From a virus, in the IMG/VR virus record IMGVR_UViG_3300044846_003008: DNA of 64,000 nucleotides, one strand, 5' to 3'. Each line of letters begins with the position of its first letter. The stretch's first letter is position 1. This document shows positions 27,187 to 38,713 of this stretch, one piece after another. Under the pieces are notes generated by a model that had not been told where the DNA came from, searched no databases, and saw nothing but the letters and a program-made list of their open reading frames with translations. The translations under genes and the position numbers were made by a program.

Positions 27187-30100
27187 TTAATCTGTTATTA
27201 CCTCAGTGTCTATCCATTTTTTAGTGAATCTGTCAAACGCCGATTTACCCTTATTTAACCCAAAATAAAAATAAAATGGTGCTCCTGTATTCACAACCCT
27301 CTCAAATTGAGGTTCACCAAATTGTGAATTTTTATCCCAATATTGTGTCTTAGCTCTAGCATCATCTGTCATATTTAAAGTAGGGTCAACTGAATAAATA
27401 TTACTTCTATAATATTTTGTCAATAAACTACCACTAGTCCTAAAATATCTTGAATTCCTTAATAATCTATCAAGATTTTGATACCCATAAGTAAAGAAAG
27501 TACCTTTAGATGTTGTTGAAGTTCCTGAGTACGGGTTTGTTGACCAATCATTTAATTGACTACCAAAAATACTATCAACAGGTGCGTTAGACGGAAATAA
27601 CGGGTCACCATTCTTATAGTCATCGTCATTATTTTGATTTGGTTTTATAAACCATTGATAATAAGGAACTTTTTGTGTTTTAACTTTAAAGTACTCAAAT
27701 GCACAATCAATCTCATTTAATGGTTTTTCTTCACTAATAATTGTTCGTTTAGGTGTCACAAAATCCCTAACTTGAGTGTCCGATGAAAAATAAACACCGA
27801 AAACTCCATTAGTTGAGTTACCCCCATTATAAAAAATATCACAAGTACCATAATTCTCATCACTAAACCCAACAGTCCCTAACTCAGAATTAATTGATAA
27901 CATCTGAGCGTAATCACCATCAATTTTTAAGTTTTTACGACTAAAGTATTTAGTAACTGCACTAACGCCAACCGCACTTAATATCTTATCCATAACCGTT
28001 TTATTAATAAAACGGGAAATAATAAACGTGTTTAATAAATCAGAAATATCTTTAAATGTTGTCGTATTTAAATTTTTCATCACATACCCATCGTAATCGT
28101 TTGAAAACGCAATTTCCTGAGTATAAACGTCTCTTGGACCTAAATCCATAATTGTAGTTGGGAACATTAAATTATTAGTATTCCCACCGAAAGGATTACC
28201 TGTTAACCAATTTATTGGATTTTTTCTACCAACATAAGAATCTTCAGTTGAATTATATGGGGTACTTCTATAGTAGAAATTATTACTATCCGTATTGAAG
28301 TAGATATTATTCTTACAAAAACAATTATATGGTTTATTTCTTTTATTTGGATTCGGGTCTGTGGGACTAGTAAATCTTCTTGAATTAACGAATGAGAATG
28401 CGTATAACGTACCATTAACCCAATTATTTGTAAAATAATGGGAGAATACATTTCGACAAGCGGCGAATGAGACTACCATTCTCGCTCTCCATTCTTTTAA
28501 TAACTTATAATCTAATTCAAGAGTTTCAAAAGGAACCGTACACAAGTTATAACAACCCGTCGTCATTATTGATTCAGGTTGTTGACCATATTCTGAATTA
28601 GACCCTGCGGTTAATCTATTACCATAACAATCGCCGGGATTTCCAGGATTTGGTATTGGATTTAATTTTGGCCATACTTTAATATGACCTGACGCTTGGT
28701 CATAATGATAACAATCTAACGGAACTAAACCTTCACAAGTAAACGTACTCAAAATATCACCGCCACATTCCGCTTCAGCGTTTGATGCCGCACTATCAAT
28801 TGAACCACCAACACCCGAAGTTGACGATGAACCTTCTAATGAACTAACCGACCCATCATCACCTATCTGATAATAACTAAAATTATTATTCGCCATTAAC
28901 GAATAACTAAAATGACTAAGAGTACCTTTATTTCTTTCTTCAAATGATGATGAAGGTAACCTATCACTTCTCATCACTATTTCTCTACCTTCATCACCAC
29001 TATCAACCGTCATAACGGGAAATGCGTAACTAGCGTACGTTAACCCAATATATTGAGATGCCCTCAAAATATTGTCAGTATAATAGAATTTATACCAATC
29101 AGCTGTCGGATTCCAATAGTCATAATTTGTTTGTTGTAATAAAGCAATGTTACCACCCTCAACACTTTCATTATGAAAATAACCTCTATTTTTCTTGTCC
29201 TGATTATTTTGTGAAGTATTGTCACTACCATCATCAGAATCAGGGCGATTACGATAAGCGTACACCGCCAAAGAATATTCGGTAAATGGTGATATCGAAT
29301 CACCATATCCTGGTTGTTTGTTATACCAAGCAGCGTAAGCATTTGCCCTACCTCGTCGAATATCATCAATATCACCATATATTCTCAGACCACCTTGACT
29401 AACAGGTCTATGAATATATGTGTAGTTAGCCCCAAACGGAGACCCTTGTTGAGTTGTCTCATCAATTAATGAATAATATTTATGATTAATTGTGGTAAAT
29501 GATTTAAAATCACAATAACCTGCAGGTCTATAGAACGGGTCTTTTGAAGCCGGGTTATATACTGTACCATTAAGAGGTTCATTATTAGCGTTATAGTCAG
29601 TCACAGTTGCCGGGTCAATTTCAGGACCAACTTGTAGAGTACCTGATGATGGTTTCCACATAAACGTTTTATAAAACAATTTAATGTTACTATAAGAAGT
29701 GTCTTTGTTTGTACTATTCGTCAATTTGTGGTCAACACATCTAAAAGTACCTTGTACAGGAATATTCATCTTAACATTATCTAATGTTACTATTTTTTTA
29801 CCATATTTTTTTTGACCATATAAACGAATAATATCATAAGATATTCTAGTTTTTGGTGAATTAGGGTCAACACCTCTAACCATAAACACCACTTGTAAAT
29901 TATCCGAATCAGGAAAATATTTTCTAATTTCACCAATACAAGCATTACCTCCTGGTGTTTGACAAGCAACCCCTGAAGCCGACGAACCTGTTCCTCTAAG
30001 AGTATTATAATACCTAACACCTGCAACGGCCGGATTATTTGGGTCACAAGATGTTGTTACCATTCTATAACCCCCATTCAAAACTCTTGAAAAGAAAGAA

Positions 30101-32865
30101 TTAGGTAGATTTGGTGAACCAATTGTTGTTGTAACATCCTTAATGTATGTGCTAACAGGTACGCTATGAATTACTTGAAAATATTCAAGGTCTATCGGAA
30201 ATTTGTGATAACTAGTTGCTGAGTCTCCGGTTACACTATAGATTACGGATAAATTACTTCCACCTGTACCATTAGGGTTCGCATATTTAACCTCAACATC
30301 TGTTTGATTAATTTTATCATTACTATTGTAAGGTAATCCGATAGTACTACCTGTAATACTATTTGTTCCCAAATCATTAATTGGTGATACATTAGATAAA
30401 TTAGTGTCAGTACTTTTCTGAGGGTCGACCGTTGTAAATAACGACCCATCACTAAATGTTGACGCCATATCAGCATCAATTAACACGGCGATAACATTAT
30501 CTAAGTGATACTTACCTGTTGGTACATCATAACTCCCATTAGGTAAATCACCACCATTAAGACCCGTATTAAATCTAACCGCAATTCGATTAACACCACC
30601 ACCCGGATTTGTCGTATCATCAGGTTCAAAATATTTTGCCTTAGTGTTAAATAAATTAAATCTTTCGTGCCAAGGTAAGTCAGTTGAGAAGGTTCTCTCA
30701 CAATCACCTTCAGCTAAACTAGCCACATCAGTTGGTGCCCCTTTAACCGAACTATCCGCCGACGGACCCATTTGAACCCCACTAATAAAAACGTTATCAT
30801 TACCTTTACTTGGCATAAAATTACCATCCTCACCATCGGTTTTATTAAATGGTCCGTTATACTCACCACTAATAATGATATTCGCATTTGCCGAATTTGG
30901 TACTTGGATAGGCCCTGTTGGACTTGGAGGAGTGTCTTTAGGTGGTTGTGGGTCACAAGCACAAAGTTCACAATCAGGATAAGTTATGTTAGGTAAATTT
31001 AACGACGCCTCTTTACATTTCTTTTCTAACGCATTGTATAAGTTAGTCAATTCCGTACATCTTTGACCTGCAAAACCTTTAAATGGATACCAAGTAATTG
31101 CAACAATAGAGAAACCAATTCCTTTTAACCAACAAAAAAAGTCTTTTAACAAACCAATAATCGGTTTTATAACCTTACATAAAACCCAAATAAATAAATG
31201 GAATAAAAATATTACAATGAATAATAACGCATACGATATTAACATTAATATTTGGAATAATATGAATATTATATCAAATCTATACATCCCGTCATTTGCG
31301 GGAAATTTGTTGTTAGTCGATTCACAAGAATCATCAAGTATATTTTTAATTGAAATTATCCTATTGTTTGAGGCTCCTCGTCGATATTCACTAATTAATT
31401 GAGATACCGTATAAACTTTGTTATATTGCATCTCAAAAAATCTATCCTGACAATTAATCGCCTCAAGAATCATATTTTGACCTGTTTGTGTTAACACCCC
31501 TACAGAATTTCTTTGACCATAATCTTCCCAATCAAGACTGAAAGCATATGACGATTTAGCAGCTCGACCTCTATCCGTCGTGGGGACCGTACTATCGTAA
31601 TCACAAGGATTATCAATATTACCAAAACTTTGTCTCGAAGCAACCGACTTACCCGTTAATGGGTCAGTCCCATTAGACGTTACCCAACCATATTCTTTAA
31701 TATTTGGAACTAAGAAATTTGCACGTTTAACTCTTTCCCCTAAATCATCAGGTTGATTCCAAGATATCTTAAATCGGTATTTACCTTTAGTCGGGATACC
31801 CTTTTTAGGGTCATTTGAGATTACTTGTTCACCAAACTCGTTAGTTACCACATAATCTAAGTTCATTGGTACGTCAAATAACCAAGTACCATTATCATCA
31901 ATCACTTGACCACCCTCTTCTAAATCCGCAACCTCTAACGCAGGTCTACCATTAATATCTGTTCTAATCGTTTGTCGAATGGCTTGAATTTTACCAGGCC
32001 CCGAAACCAAACTACATAAAGAACCACTCTTTAATGCCGGTTTACATTTAAGTTTTAAAGATTCATCATCATTCGATGAAATTAATGACCCCATAAAAAT
32101 CGAGGTCGGTTGTATATTGATATTCTTTTCGGCTGATAAATCAAAGTCAGTTCTTGTAATACCTAAATTACATAATGTCTCATCACCCCATAAAGGTTCA
32201 ACTTCCAATGTTCGATTAATCGTAATAATTTGTGGTAATTCATTAATATTTGTTGATGACTTAAATTTTGTTCCATCAACTTGTGCGGGTGTTGCAACCC
32301 CCATTCTTATTAAATCTTGAGGTGATAATGAAAAATCACCAATATCTGATAAATCAACATTAACTACGATTGTCTGCGAACCAACAGGAACACCAAAAAT
32401 CATATAATCACCACTTTCGTTAGTTATCGCATTGTATTTATAATATTTGTCATAAATCTCAATTTTGGTTTGATTAGTTAAAACATCTTTTCGAGTGAAA
32501 AATGAACCCGTCGGAACGTGGTTACTATAAGATTGTTCTGAAGGTAATAGATTGTATCTATAACCAATATCATTAACTTGACTTAAAGTCTTATACGGAT
32601 ATAAGTCCGCGATAATCGGATTGTTCGCTTCATCATCACTTGATAGTGGGATGAAGATAGATACTTTAGCGTTAGGGACTCCAAAACCATTGTTAATACT
32701 AACACGACCAACTATGACACCATAATCAGAACATTTTCTTGTATAAACCTCGCTTTGTAGTAATTTTAACGATAAAATCTCAAGGTATTCGAAATCTTGG
32801 TCAATTCTAACTTTAATTGATTTGTCAACACCAGGGGTTGTTCTTATTCTATATGAATTCGACAT
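27187..32865 (-). CDS. Very large putative tail/baseplate protein with an internal hydrophobic segment
   Basis: 1892 aa; N-terminal carboxypeptidase-regulatory-like motif (GVIVGRV...PNAKVSI...TNESGDYMIFGVPVG); TM-like stretch around aa 530-595. Confidence 0.7.
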   Translation of the reverse strand: MSNSYRIRTTPGVDKSIKVRIDQDFEYLEILSLKLLQSEVYTRKCSDYGVIVGRVSINNGFGVPNAKVSIFIPLSSDDEANNPIIADLYPYKTLSQVNDIGYRYNLLPSEQSYSNHVPTGSFFTRKDVLTNQTKIEIYDKYYKYNAITNESGDYMIFGVPVGSQTIVVNVDLSDIGDFSLSPQDLIRMGVATPAQVDGTKFKSSTNINELPQIITINRTLEVEPLWGDETLCNLGITRTDFDLSAEKNINIQPTSIFMGSLISSNDDESLKLKCKPALKSGSLCSLVSGPGKIQAIRQTIRTDINGRPALEVADLEEGGQVIDDNGTWLFDVPMNLDYVVTNEFGEQVISNDPKKGIPTKGKYRFKISWNQPDDLGERVKRANFLVPNIKEYGWVTSNGTDPLTGKSVASRQSFGNIDNPCDYDSTVPTTDRGRAAKSSYAFSLDWEDYGQRNSVGVLTQTGQNMILEAINCQDRFFEMQYNKVYTVSQLISEYRRGASNNRIISIKNILDDSCESTNNKFPANDGMYRFDIIFILFQILMLISYALLFIVIFLFHLFIWVLCKVIKPIIGLLKDFFCWLKGIGFSIVAITWYPFKGFAGQRCTELTNLYNALEKKCKEASLNLPNITYPDCELCACDPQPPKDTPPSPTGPIQVPNSANANIIISGEYNGPFNKTDGEDGNFMPSKGNDNVFISGVQMGPSADSSVKGAPTDVASLAEGDCERTFSTDLPWHERFNLFNTKAKYFEPDDTTNPGGGVNRIAVRFNTGLNGGDLPNGSYDVPTGKYHLDNVIAVLIDADMASTFSDGSLFTTVDPQKSTDTNLSNVSPINDLGTNSITGSTIGLPYNSNDKINQTDVEVKYANPNGTGGSNLSVIYSVTGDSATSYHKFPIDLEYFQVIHSVPVSTYIKDVTTTIGSPNLPNSFFSRVLNGGYRMVTTSCDPNNPAVAGVRYYNTLRGTGSSASGVACQTPGGNACIGEIRKYFPDSDNLQVVFMVRGVDPNSPKTRISYDIIRLYGQKKYGKKIVTLDNVKMNIPVQGTFRCVDHKLTNSTNKDTSYSNIKLFYKTFMWKPSSGTLQVGPEIDPATVTDYNANNEPLNGTVYNPASKDPFYRPAGYCDFKSFTTINHKYYSLIDETTQQGSPFGANYTYIHRPVSQGGLRIYGDIDDIRRGRANAYAAWYNKQPGYGDSISPFTEYSLAVYAYRNRPDSDDGSDNTSQNNQDKKNRGYFHNESVEGGNIALLQQTNYDYWNPTADWYKFYYTDNILRASQYIGLTYASYAFPVMTVDSGDEGREIVMRSDRLPSSSFEERNKGTLSHFSYSLMANNNFSYYQIGDDGSVSSLEGSSSTSGVGGSIDSAASNAEAECGGDILSTFTCEGLVPLDCYHYDQASGHIKVWPKLNPIPNPGNPGDCYGNRLTAGSNSEYGQQPESIMTTGCYNLCTVPFETLELDYKLLKEWRARMVVSFAACRNVFSHYFTNNWVNGTLYAFSFVNSRRFTSPTDPNPNKRNKPYNCFCKNNIYFNTDSNNFYYRSTPYNSTEDSYVGRKNPINWLTGNPFGGNTNNLMFPTTIMDLGPRDVYTQEIAFSNDYDGYVMKNLNTTTFKDISDLLNTFIISRFINKTVMDKILSAVGVSAVTKYFSRKNLKIDGDYAQMLSINSELGTVGFSDENYGTCDIFYNGGNSTNGVFGVYFSSDTQVRDFVTPKRTIISEEKPLNEIDCAFEYFKVKTQKVPYYQWFIKPNQNNDDDYKNGDPLFPSNAPVDSIFGSQLNDWSTNPYSGTSTTSKGTFFTYGYQNLDRLLRNSRYFRTSGSLLTKYYRSNIYSVDPTLNMTDDARAKTQYWDKNSQFGEPQFERVVNTGAPFYFYFGLNKGKSAFDRFTKKWIDTEVITD

Positions 32866-32936
32866 TTAATTCTTTTATAATAAATAGTTTATCTGCTATT
32901 TTTAAAAGATAAATGATTAAAATTCAAAATAAATCA

Positions 32937-34775
32937 TCAACTAAAATTAGTTACCGCTAGATTCTTAACACGAATATTAATATCTTTACTTGGATATCTA
33001 ATTTGGTAGGTTTGACTTGGTTGTGCAAATATAGTGTCATCAATCAATTCAATCTCTCTTGTCTCACTATCAGCGTATCTTTGTGACGTTTGTGATGACG
33101 AATATTGACCCCCAACTTTATTGAAGACCTTAATATCTGAAATTGATAACACCCCATTTTGTGATTGTAGAATTCTTCTAATTTCCGAAACGTTTACGTT
33201 CTGCCCCATTTGTCTATTACCCGGCTCAAAATAATCGGACACACTATTAATGATTTGTGAAATCACAGAACCTTGATTCTGACTACTATCTAGTACAACA
33301 TCAATAGTCACACCCAAATCAATAACATTTGCGGTTTGGATTGAGATATAGTCATTCATCATTCGATAATTAGATAAGTAATTCGCCACATTATTTTTTA
33401 ATGTGTCAGAAACAATTTCAGTTAATTTTCCTGACTCATCATATGATAACATTTTAATTACAACTTTGTTGTTTTCTTCCGTAATAGCAACTTTAGCGGG
33501 AGCCCCAAACAATGAAGGCATTGTTCTAATTAAAGAATCGTAATCACTAACTGTAACCGCTCTATTTTGAGCTGAGAAGTTAAACGCCACTAAGTTTCTA
33601 ACTTCTTCCACAGTTGGGAAATCAGCCCCACCAATTGCCGCGGTAACGTTGTTACATCTTAATGAATTAACTACTGTTGTATTAACTGACTCCGATGGAC
33701 CATTCACAAAGAAAGAAACCGTTCCAATTTGTGTTATAACATTAACACCAAGGTTAGTTGATGTTCCCCCACCGATTCTATACTGAACAAATAATGTTGA
33801 ATTAGATTTTAATGTACTACCTAACGCTAAGTTATTAGAATATTTATATAAATTCAAATTATAACCATTTCTCGCAAACTCTCTAAGTTGTTCATCAGCC
33901 GATTGACTACCACCACCGAACGTCATTTTAAAGAAACCTTCAGGTGTGTATTCTGTGATAAACTTATCACTCGTCGCCATATACTTACCAACTTTAATTC
34001 CAGGACTATCCGATACTTTAGTTGGGTCCTCAACAAAGACTCTATCTTCCGCCAAGGCTTTAACCTCATACCATCTGTTATCTAAACCAAGGAATTCACT
34101 ATTTGATGGGACATTACCATATTGTGTTCCGTCTTTTAACAACACACTAGTTACCCCCAATACATTTTTCTCAGGTAAAAATAATTCATAAAATGGTTTA
34201 ACATCGTTAGGTGTAATCACTTTTTTGAATACCTTTGTTGTGCCATTTACAATAGTCTCACGTTTAGTGATAGTATAATTAATTAATTTGTTGTTTGAAT
34301 CGAAATTCGGTATTTTAACCCTATTTGGAAATCCATCACCATTAATTGGGGATGCAAAATCAATATCATAAACCGTTTCAAAGATTTGTCCCGCACCATT
34401 CACTTGAGAACCTCTTCTCAAGATACCACAATAACGTAAATCTTCTTTATCTCCGTAGGCAGGAACCGTAATTGAGAAATCAATTAAAGCAACCGATGGT
34501 CTTTGACCCGGAACTTTTAAACCATATGTTCTCGCAATATTATAAATTGAAGACCTTTGTTGTGCGTATTGTAACACTGTCTCTTGGATACTTCTATCTA
34601 TGTTAAATTGTAAGTTATCTGTTACCGCAGCATTTAAATCCAATAATACGGAGAATACTGACGCGTCATTAACATTATCAATTAAGTCAGGGTAATAAGT
34701 CCTTGTGAAGTTAATTAACTCAGTTCTTATTGATTGGTAATCCCTTGTAGTGTACGAAATTTTCTTATTAGCCAT
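32937..34775 (-). CDS. Baseplate wedge subunit (T4 gp6 / baseplate J-like)
   Basis: YTTRDYQSIR, AQQRSSIYNIARTYG, AAIGGAD and QNRAVTVSDY motifs. Confidence 0.9.
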   Translation of the reverse strand: MANKKISYTTRDYQSIRTELINFTRTYYPDLIDNVNDASVFSVLLDLNAAVTDNLQFNIDRSIQETVLQYAQQRSSIYNIARTYGLKVPGQRPSVALIDFSITVPAYGDKEDLRYCGILRRGSQVNGAGQIFETVYDIDFASPINGDGFPNRVKIPNFDSNNKLINYTITKRETIVNGTTKVFKKVITPNDVKPFYELFLPEKNVLGVTSVLLKDGTQYGNVPSNSEFLGLDNRWYEVKALAEDRVFVEDPTKVSDSPGIKVGKYMATSDKFITEYTPEGFFKMTFGGGSQSADEQLREFARNGYNLNLYKYSNNLALGSTLKSNSTLFVQYRIGGGTSTNLGVNVITQIGTVSFFVNGPSESVNTTVVNSLRCNNVTAAIGGADFPTVEEVRNLVAFNFSAQNRAVTVSDYDSLIRTMPSLFGAPAKVAITEENNKVVIKMLSYDESGKLTEIVSDTLKNNVANYLSNYRMMNDYISIQTANVIDLGVTIDVVLDSSQNQGSVISQIINSVSDYFEPGNRQMGQNVNVSEIRRILQSQNGVLSISDIKVFNKVGGQYSSSQTSQRYADSETREIELIDDTIFAQPSQTYQIRYPSKDINIRVKNLAVTNFS

Positions 34776-34776
34776 A

Positions 34777-35235
34777 TTATAAATTTATAATCACAAAATC
34801 ACTTGAACTAAACGCATCGTCGTTTAACAAGTAATCAATTTTAATTTTTGCGGTATGTTCTTTAGTTCCAATACCAGGAACTCTAAAAACTCTCTCATCA
34901 TTACCATTAACAAATGTCCCCATATCCTCTTCAGCATCAGATGCTGCCGTTACTGAAATATTCGTAATAGTTATCCCCGGTATATACTCTTTTACCGAAT
35001 CTCTAATTTCCGATTCAATCTCAGAAAACGTCGGACCATCCATTGGTTCAAAAATATACTCATATAATCTTGTTCCAAAATCAGGTAAATAATATCGTGT
35101 ACCCTTTCGTGTTAATAAAAGGTGTATCAAATTTGTTCGTATCTCTTCCTGATTACTTTCTGATAAATCTAAAAATTTACCATCATAAGAATCTCTAAAC
35201 GGAAAATTAATACCATATGTTAATCCATTTGCCAT
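34777..35235 (-). CDS. Baseplate wedge subunit gp25-like (start MANGLTYG at 35235)
   Basis: LLLTRKGTRYYLPDFGTRLYEYIFEP GPW/gp25 signature. The ORF-track extension overlaps the nrdA end and its terminator. Confidence 0.9.
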   Translation of the reverse strand: MANGLTYGINFPFRDSYDGKFLDLSESNQEEIRTNLIHLLLTRKGTRYYLPDFGTRLYEYIFEPMDGPTFSEIESEIRDSVKEYIPGITITNISVTAASDAEEDMGTFVNGNDERVFRVPGIGTKEHTAKIKIDYLLNDDAFSSSDFVIINL

Positions 35236-35280
35236 ATACCATAAATATAATGTGGTAATAATTTTTTTGTATACAGATAT

Positions 35281-35314
35281 AAAATAAAAAACTCCCGACA
35301 ATGCCGAGAGTTTT
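35281..35314 (-). terminator. Intrinsic terminator after nrdA
   Basis: Minus strand AAAACTCTCGGC-ATT-GTCGGGAGTTTTTT. Confidence 0.7.
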
Positions 35315-35330
35315 AAAGTATTTTGTTTTC

Positions 35331-37745
35331 TTATGAAGAACAACCAAAACATTCGAATTCAGAATCCGCGGGTTTTGCTGGAACAACATCAACTATTGGT
35401 TTTTCATTTTTAGGTTTTTCTCTTTTTGAGACATCAACCGCCAAATGTTTCGCTCCTGTTGAAATAGCCTTTGTTCTAATATAGTAACTTAACGTTTTCA
35501 AACCTTTTTCCCATCCGTGGAAGTGTGATGAGGTGATTTTTGATAATGTAGGGTTACCCATATAGATGTTCATTGATTGTGATTGGTCAATAAATGGTGC
35601 TCTGTCAGCCGCCATATCAATCAATTCTCTTTGAGATATCTCCCAAATTGTTTTGTATTTCAACATTAAATGTTCAATACGTGTTACTTTTTTATTGTAG
35701 TTTTTATCTTCAACATCTAAGTAATTATTGAAATTAATGTTTTGAATTGACCCCTCATTTATAATGATATCATTTTTTAAATCTTCACACCAAATTCCGA
35801 TTTTTTCGAAATCTTGAATTAAGTATTTGTTTACGATTAAAATTTCACCACCAACAACACGTCTGTTAAATAACGCTGAGTGTGCAGGTTCTGTCATTTC
35901 AAATGACCCCGTTATCTTCGCTGAAGACGCTACCGGCATCTGAGCTGAGAATAGTGAGTTACAAATACCATATTTTTTAACACTATCTTTTAATGAAGAC
36001 CAATCCCACATTCCTGATAAATCATCTTCAGTTAATCCCCACATATCAAATTGGAACACTCCTTGAGACATTGGTGAACCTTCGAAGAACTTATATGGTT
36101 CGTATTTTTCCTCAATACATAATTGGTTACTTTCTGTAATCGCCGCGAAGTAAATTGTTTCGAAAATTTGTTTGTTTAATTTTCTCGCATCCTCAGATGT
36201 AAATACATAATCCAATAAGTAGAATACATCAGCTAACCCTTGAGTTCCAATTGCAATAGCTCTTTGTTCTAAACCACCTTTAAGTCCTTTTTCAGTTGAG
36301 TAACTATTAATGTTAATAACTTTGTTCAAAGTTCTTGTTACTTTTCTAACCTCATCAAACAATAATTTGAAATTGAATTTACCATCAACGATGAAGTTTT
36401 TCAATACCATAGAAGATAACGTACAAATCGCAGTTGTTTCCTCATCAGTGTATTGGAATATCTCAGCACATAAGTTAGATTGGTGAATAACCCCAATGTT
36501 TTGGTGGTTAGTTTTCTTATTAGCATTATCTTTAGAACATAAATAAGGAACACCTGTTTCAATTTGTGACTCAATAATTTTAGTCCAAACTTCAGTTGCA
36601 CTTACTTTTTTACCAAGACCTAACTCAATCGCTTTTGCATAGTTTTGTTCGTATTCATCACCATAAGATTCCTGCAATGGTTTGATACCCGCTTTCTTAA
36701 TATCGTTAGGACAGAACAAATACCAATCGGAATTATTCTTAACCGCTCTCATAAAGTTATCAGGAACCCATAATGCAGTAAACAAGTCTCTCGCTCTTAA
36801 CTCATCTTTACCTGTATTCTTTTTGATATCCAATAAATCAAAAATATCTTTATGCCAAGGTTCGATATAGATAGCTGCACTACCAGGTCTTCTACCTTGT
36901 TGATTAAAGAATCTTAATGATTCGTTAACTATTTTAAGATACTTTAATAATCCACCCGCAAAACCACCTGAAGTTGTTATACGACTTTCTTTACTTCTTT
37001 GATTTGACATACATAACCCAATACCTGCGGCATCAGAAGAATACGTTGAAATGTCATTTAATGTCCCTAACAACCCTTGTCTTGAATCTGAATTGTTGTA
37101 ATGTAATACACAAGACGCTAACTGAGGAATCAATGTCCCTGAGTTAATCATAATAGGTGTCGCTTTAGATATTCTTTGTTCCGACAATGATTTGTAATAA
37201 TCAATTGCTTCATCATAAGAATCTGTTACCCACAACGCAATTCTCATATACATATGTTGTGGTCTTTCAATAACTTTACCATTTGGTAATTTCAACAGAT
37301 ACATTTCTTGTAATGCTTTCCAAGCGAAGAAATCGAAGTTATAATCATTTTCGTGATTAATTATCGAATCAATATTACTTGGTCCGTATTTCTCAATTAC
37401 ACTCATTAGATTATCGTGAACAACACCTTCAGTATGTAATATGTGCATAGTTTCACTAAAACTATCAAGAGTGTCTTTATGATATGCTGAGATAGCAACT
37501 GACGACGCCAATCTTGAGTAGTCGTGATGACTACCAGTGTATGAGGACGCAATCTCATACACTAATTTATCTAATTCTTTTGTTGTAATATACCCTTCAG
37601 TAGGTAATGACGTTGTTACTTTAATGAAAATCTCATCAAAGTTAACATTAAGACCTTTCGCCGCCTTCTTAACTCGGTTGTAAATTTTTTGAGGATTAAA
37701 TGATTGTTTCTCCCCGTTTCTTTTTTTAATTTTTAATGACATCAT
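35331..37745 (-). CDS. nrdA: Ribonucleotide reductase class Ia alpha subunit with ATP cone
   Basis: KRNG ATP cone, ERPQHMYMR, QLASC, QSNLCAEI, AICTL, SYY and C-terminal CFGC. Confidence 0.97.
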   Translation of the reverse strand: MMSLKIKKRNGEKQSFNPQKIYNRVKKAAKGLNVNFDEIFIKVTTSLPTEGYITTKELDKLVYEIASSYTGSHHDYSRLASSVAISAYHKDTLDSFSETMHILHTEGVVHDNLMSVIEKYGPSNIDSIINHENDYNFDFFAWKALQEMYLLKLPNGKVIERPQHMYMRIALWVTDSYDEAIDYYKSLSEQRISKATPIMINSGTLIPQLASCVLHYNNSDSRQGLLGTLNDISTYSSDAAGIGLCMSNQRSKESRITTSGGFAGGLLKYLKIVNESLRFFNQQGRRPGSAAIYIEPWHKDIFDLLDIKKNTGKDELRARDLFTALWVPDNFMRAVKNNSDWYLFCPNDIKKAGIKPLQESYGDEYEQNYAKAIELGLGKKVSATEVWTKIIESQIETGVPYLCSKDNANKKTNHQNIGVIHQSNLCAEIFQYTDEETTAICTLSSMVLKNFIVDGKFNFKLLFDEVRKVTRTLNKVININSYSTEKGLKGGLEQRAIAIGTQGLADVFYLLDYVFTSEDARKLNKQIFETIYFAAITESNQLCIEEKYEPYKFFEGSPMSQGVFQFDMWGLTEDDLSGMWDWSSLKDSVKKYGICNSLFSAQMPVASSAKITGSFEMTEPAHSALFNRRVVGGEILIVNKYLIQDFEKIGIWCEDLKNDIIINEGSIQNINFNNYLDVEDKNYNKKVTRIEHLMLKYKTIWEISQRELIDMAADRAPFIDQSQSMNIYMGNPTLSKITSSHFHGWEKGLKTLSYYIRTKAISTGAKHLAVDVSKREKPKNEKPIVDVVPAKPADSEFECFGCSS

Positions 37746-37763
37746 AATGATTAAAATAATTTA

Positions 37764-38711
37764 TTAAAACTCGTCAGTGAACGTAATTGACTCATTCAAT
37801 TTCGCCTTTTGGTATTCAAGGGTTCTATTTTCAAAGAAGTTACCTTTAGTTTCAACCGCAATCTGTTCCATAAATTTGAAAGGTTGTTCGACATTAAATT
37901 CTTTACTACAACCTAACTTATATAATAGACCATCCACTACAAATTCTAAATATTGTTTCATTAGATTTTGATTCATACCAATTAAAGAAACAGGTAGTGA
38001 TTCGGTTATAAATTCTTTCTCAATTTCTAACGCTGAAAGTAAGATTTCTTTGATACGTTTTTCACTTGGTCTGTCAACAATATGGTGGTTTAATAAGTGA
38101 ATAGCGAAGTCACAGTGAAGATTTTCGTCCTTGAAAATCAATGCGTTAGCGTCACATAAACCTTGCATAATCCCTCTTGATTTCAACCAAAATATTGAAC
38201 AAAATGAACCTGAAAAAAATATTCCTTCTACCGCTGCAAAAGCAATTAAACGTTCTTGGAATGATGCGTTTTCAATCCAATCTAAAGCCCACTTAGACTT
38301 CTTTTGGACTGCAGGTAATCTATCAATTGCGTGAAAACAATCATCTTTTTCCTTAGAGTCTGTGATATAAGTATCAATCAATAAAGAATAAGTTAATGAG
38401 TGTTCATTCTCCATCGCAATTTGAAATCCATAGAAGAATTTCGCCTCAGCATATTGAACCTCTCTTGAGAAGTTCTCAGCGATATTTTCATTCACAATAC
38501 CATCTGACGCTGCGAAAAATGCCAAGATATTTTTAATGAAATATTTTTCATTATCTGACAAATTTTCCCAATCTCGAATATCATCACTTAAATCAAATTC
38601 TTCAGCCGTCCAAAACGCTGCTTTATGGTCTTTGTAAAATTGCCATATATCGTGGTGTTGTATTGGGAACACCACGAATCTATCAGGGTTTGGTTTTAAT
38701 ATGTTTTCCAT
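37764..38711 (-). CDS. nrdB: Ribonucleotide reductase class Ia beta subunit
   Basis: [41 protein letters not shown] and NFFENR..EYQKA. Confidence 0.97.
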   Translation of the reverse strand: MENILKPNPDRFVVFPIQHHDIWQFYKDHKAAFWTAEEFDLSDDIRDWENLSDNEKYFIKNILAFFAASDGIVNENIAENFSREVQYAEAKFFYGFQIAMENEHSLTYSLLIDTYITDSKEKDDCFHAIDRLPAVQKKSKWALDWIENASFQERLIAFAAVEGIFFSGSFCSIFWLKSRGIMQGLCDANALIFKDENLHCDFAIHLLNHHIVDRPSEKRIKEILLSALEIEKEFITESLPVSLIGMNQNLMKQYLEFVVDGLLYKLGCSKEFNVEQPFKFMEQIAVETKGNFFENRTLEYQKAKLNESITFTDEF

Positions 38712-38713
38712 AA

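Noticed and set aside
33210-33235. Intact FEPGNR motif in the gp6-like protein as an empty cassette target
   Set aside because: It is a single short match with different codons, consistent with chance.
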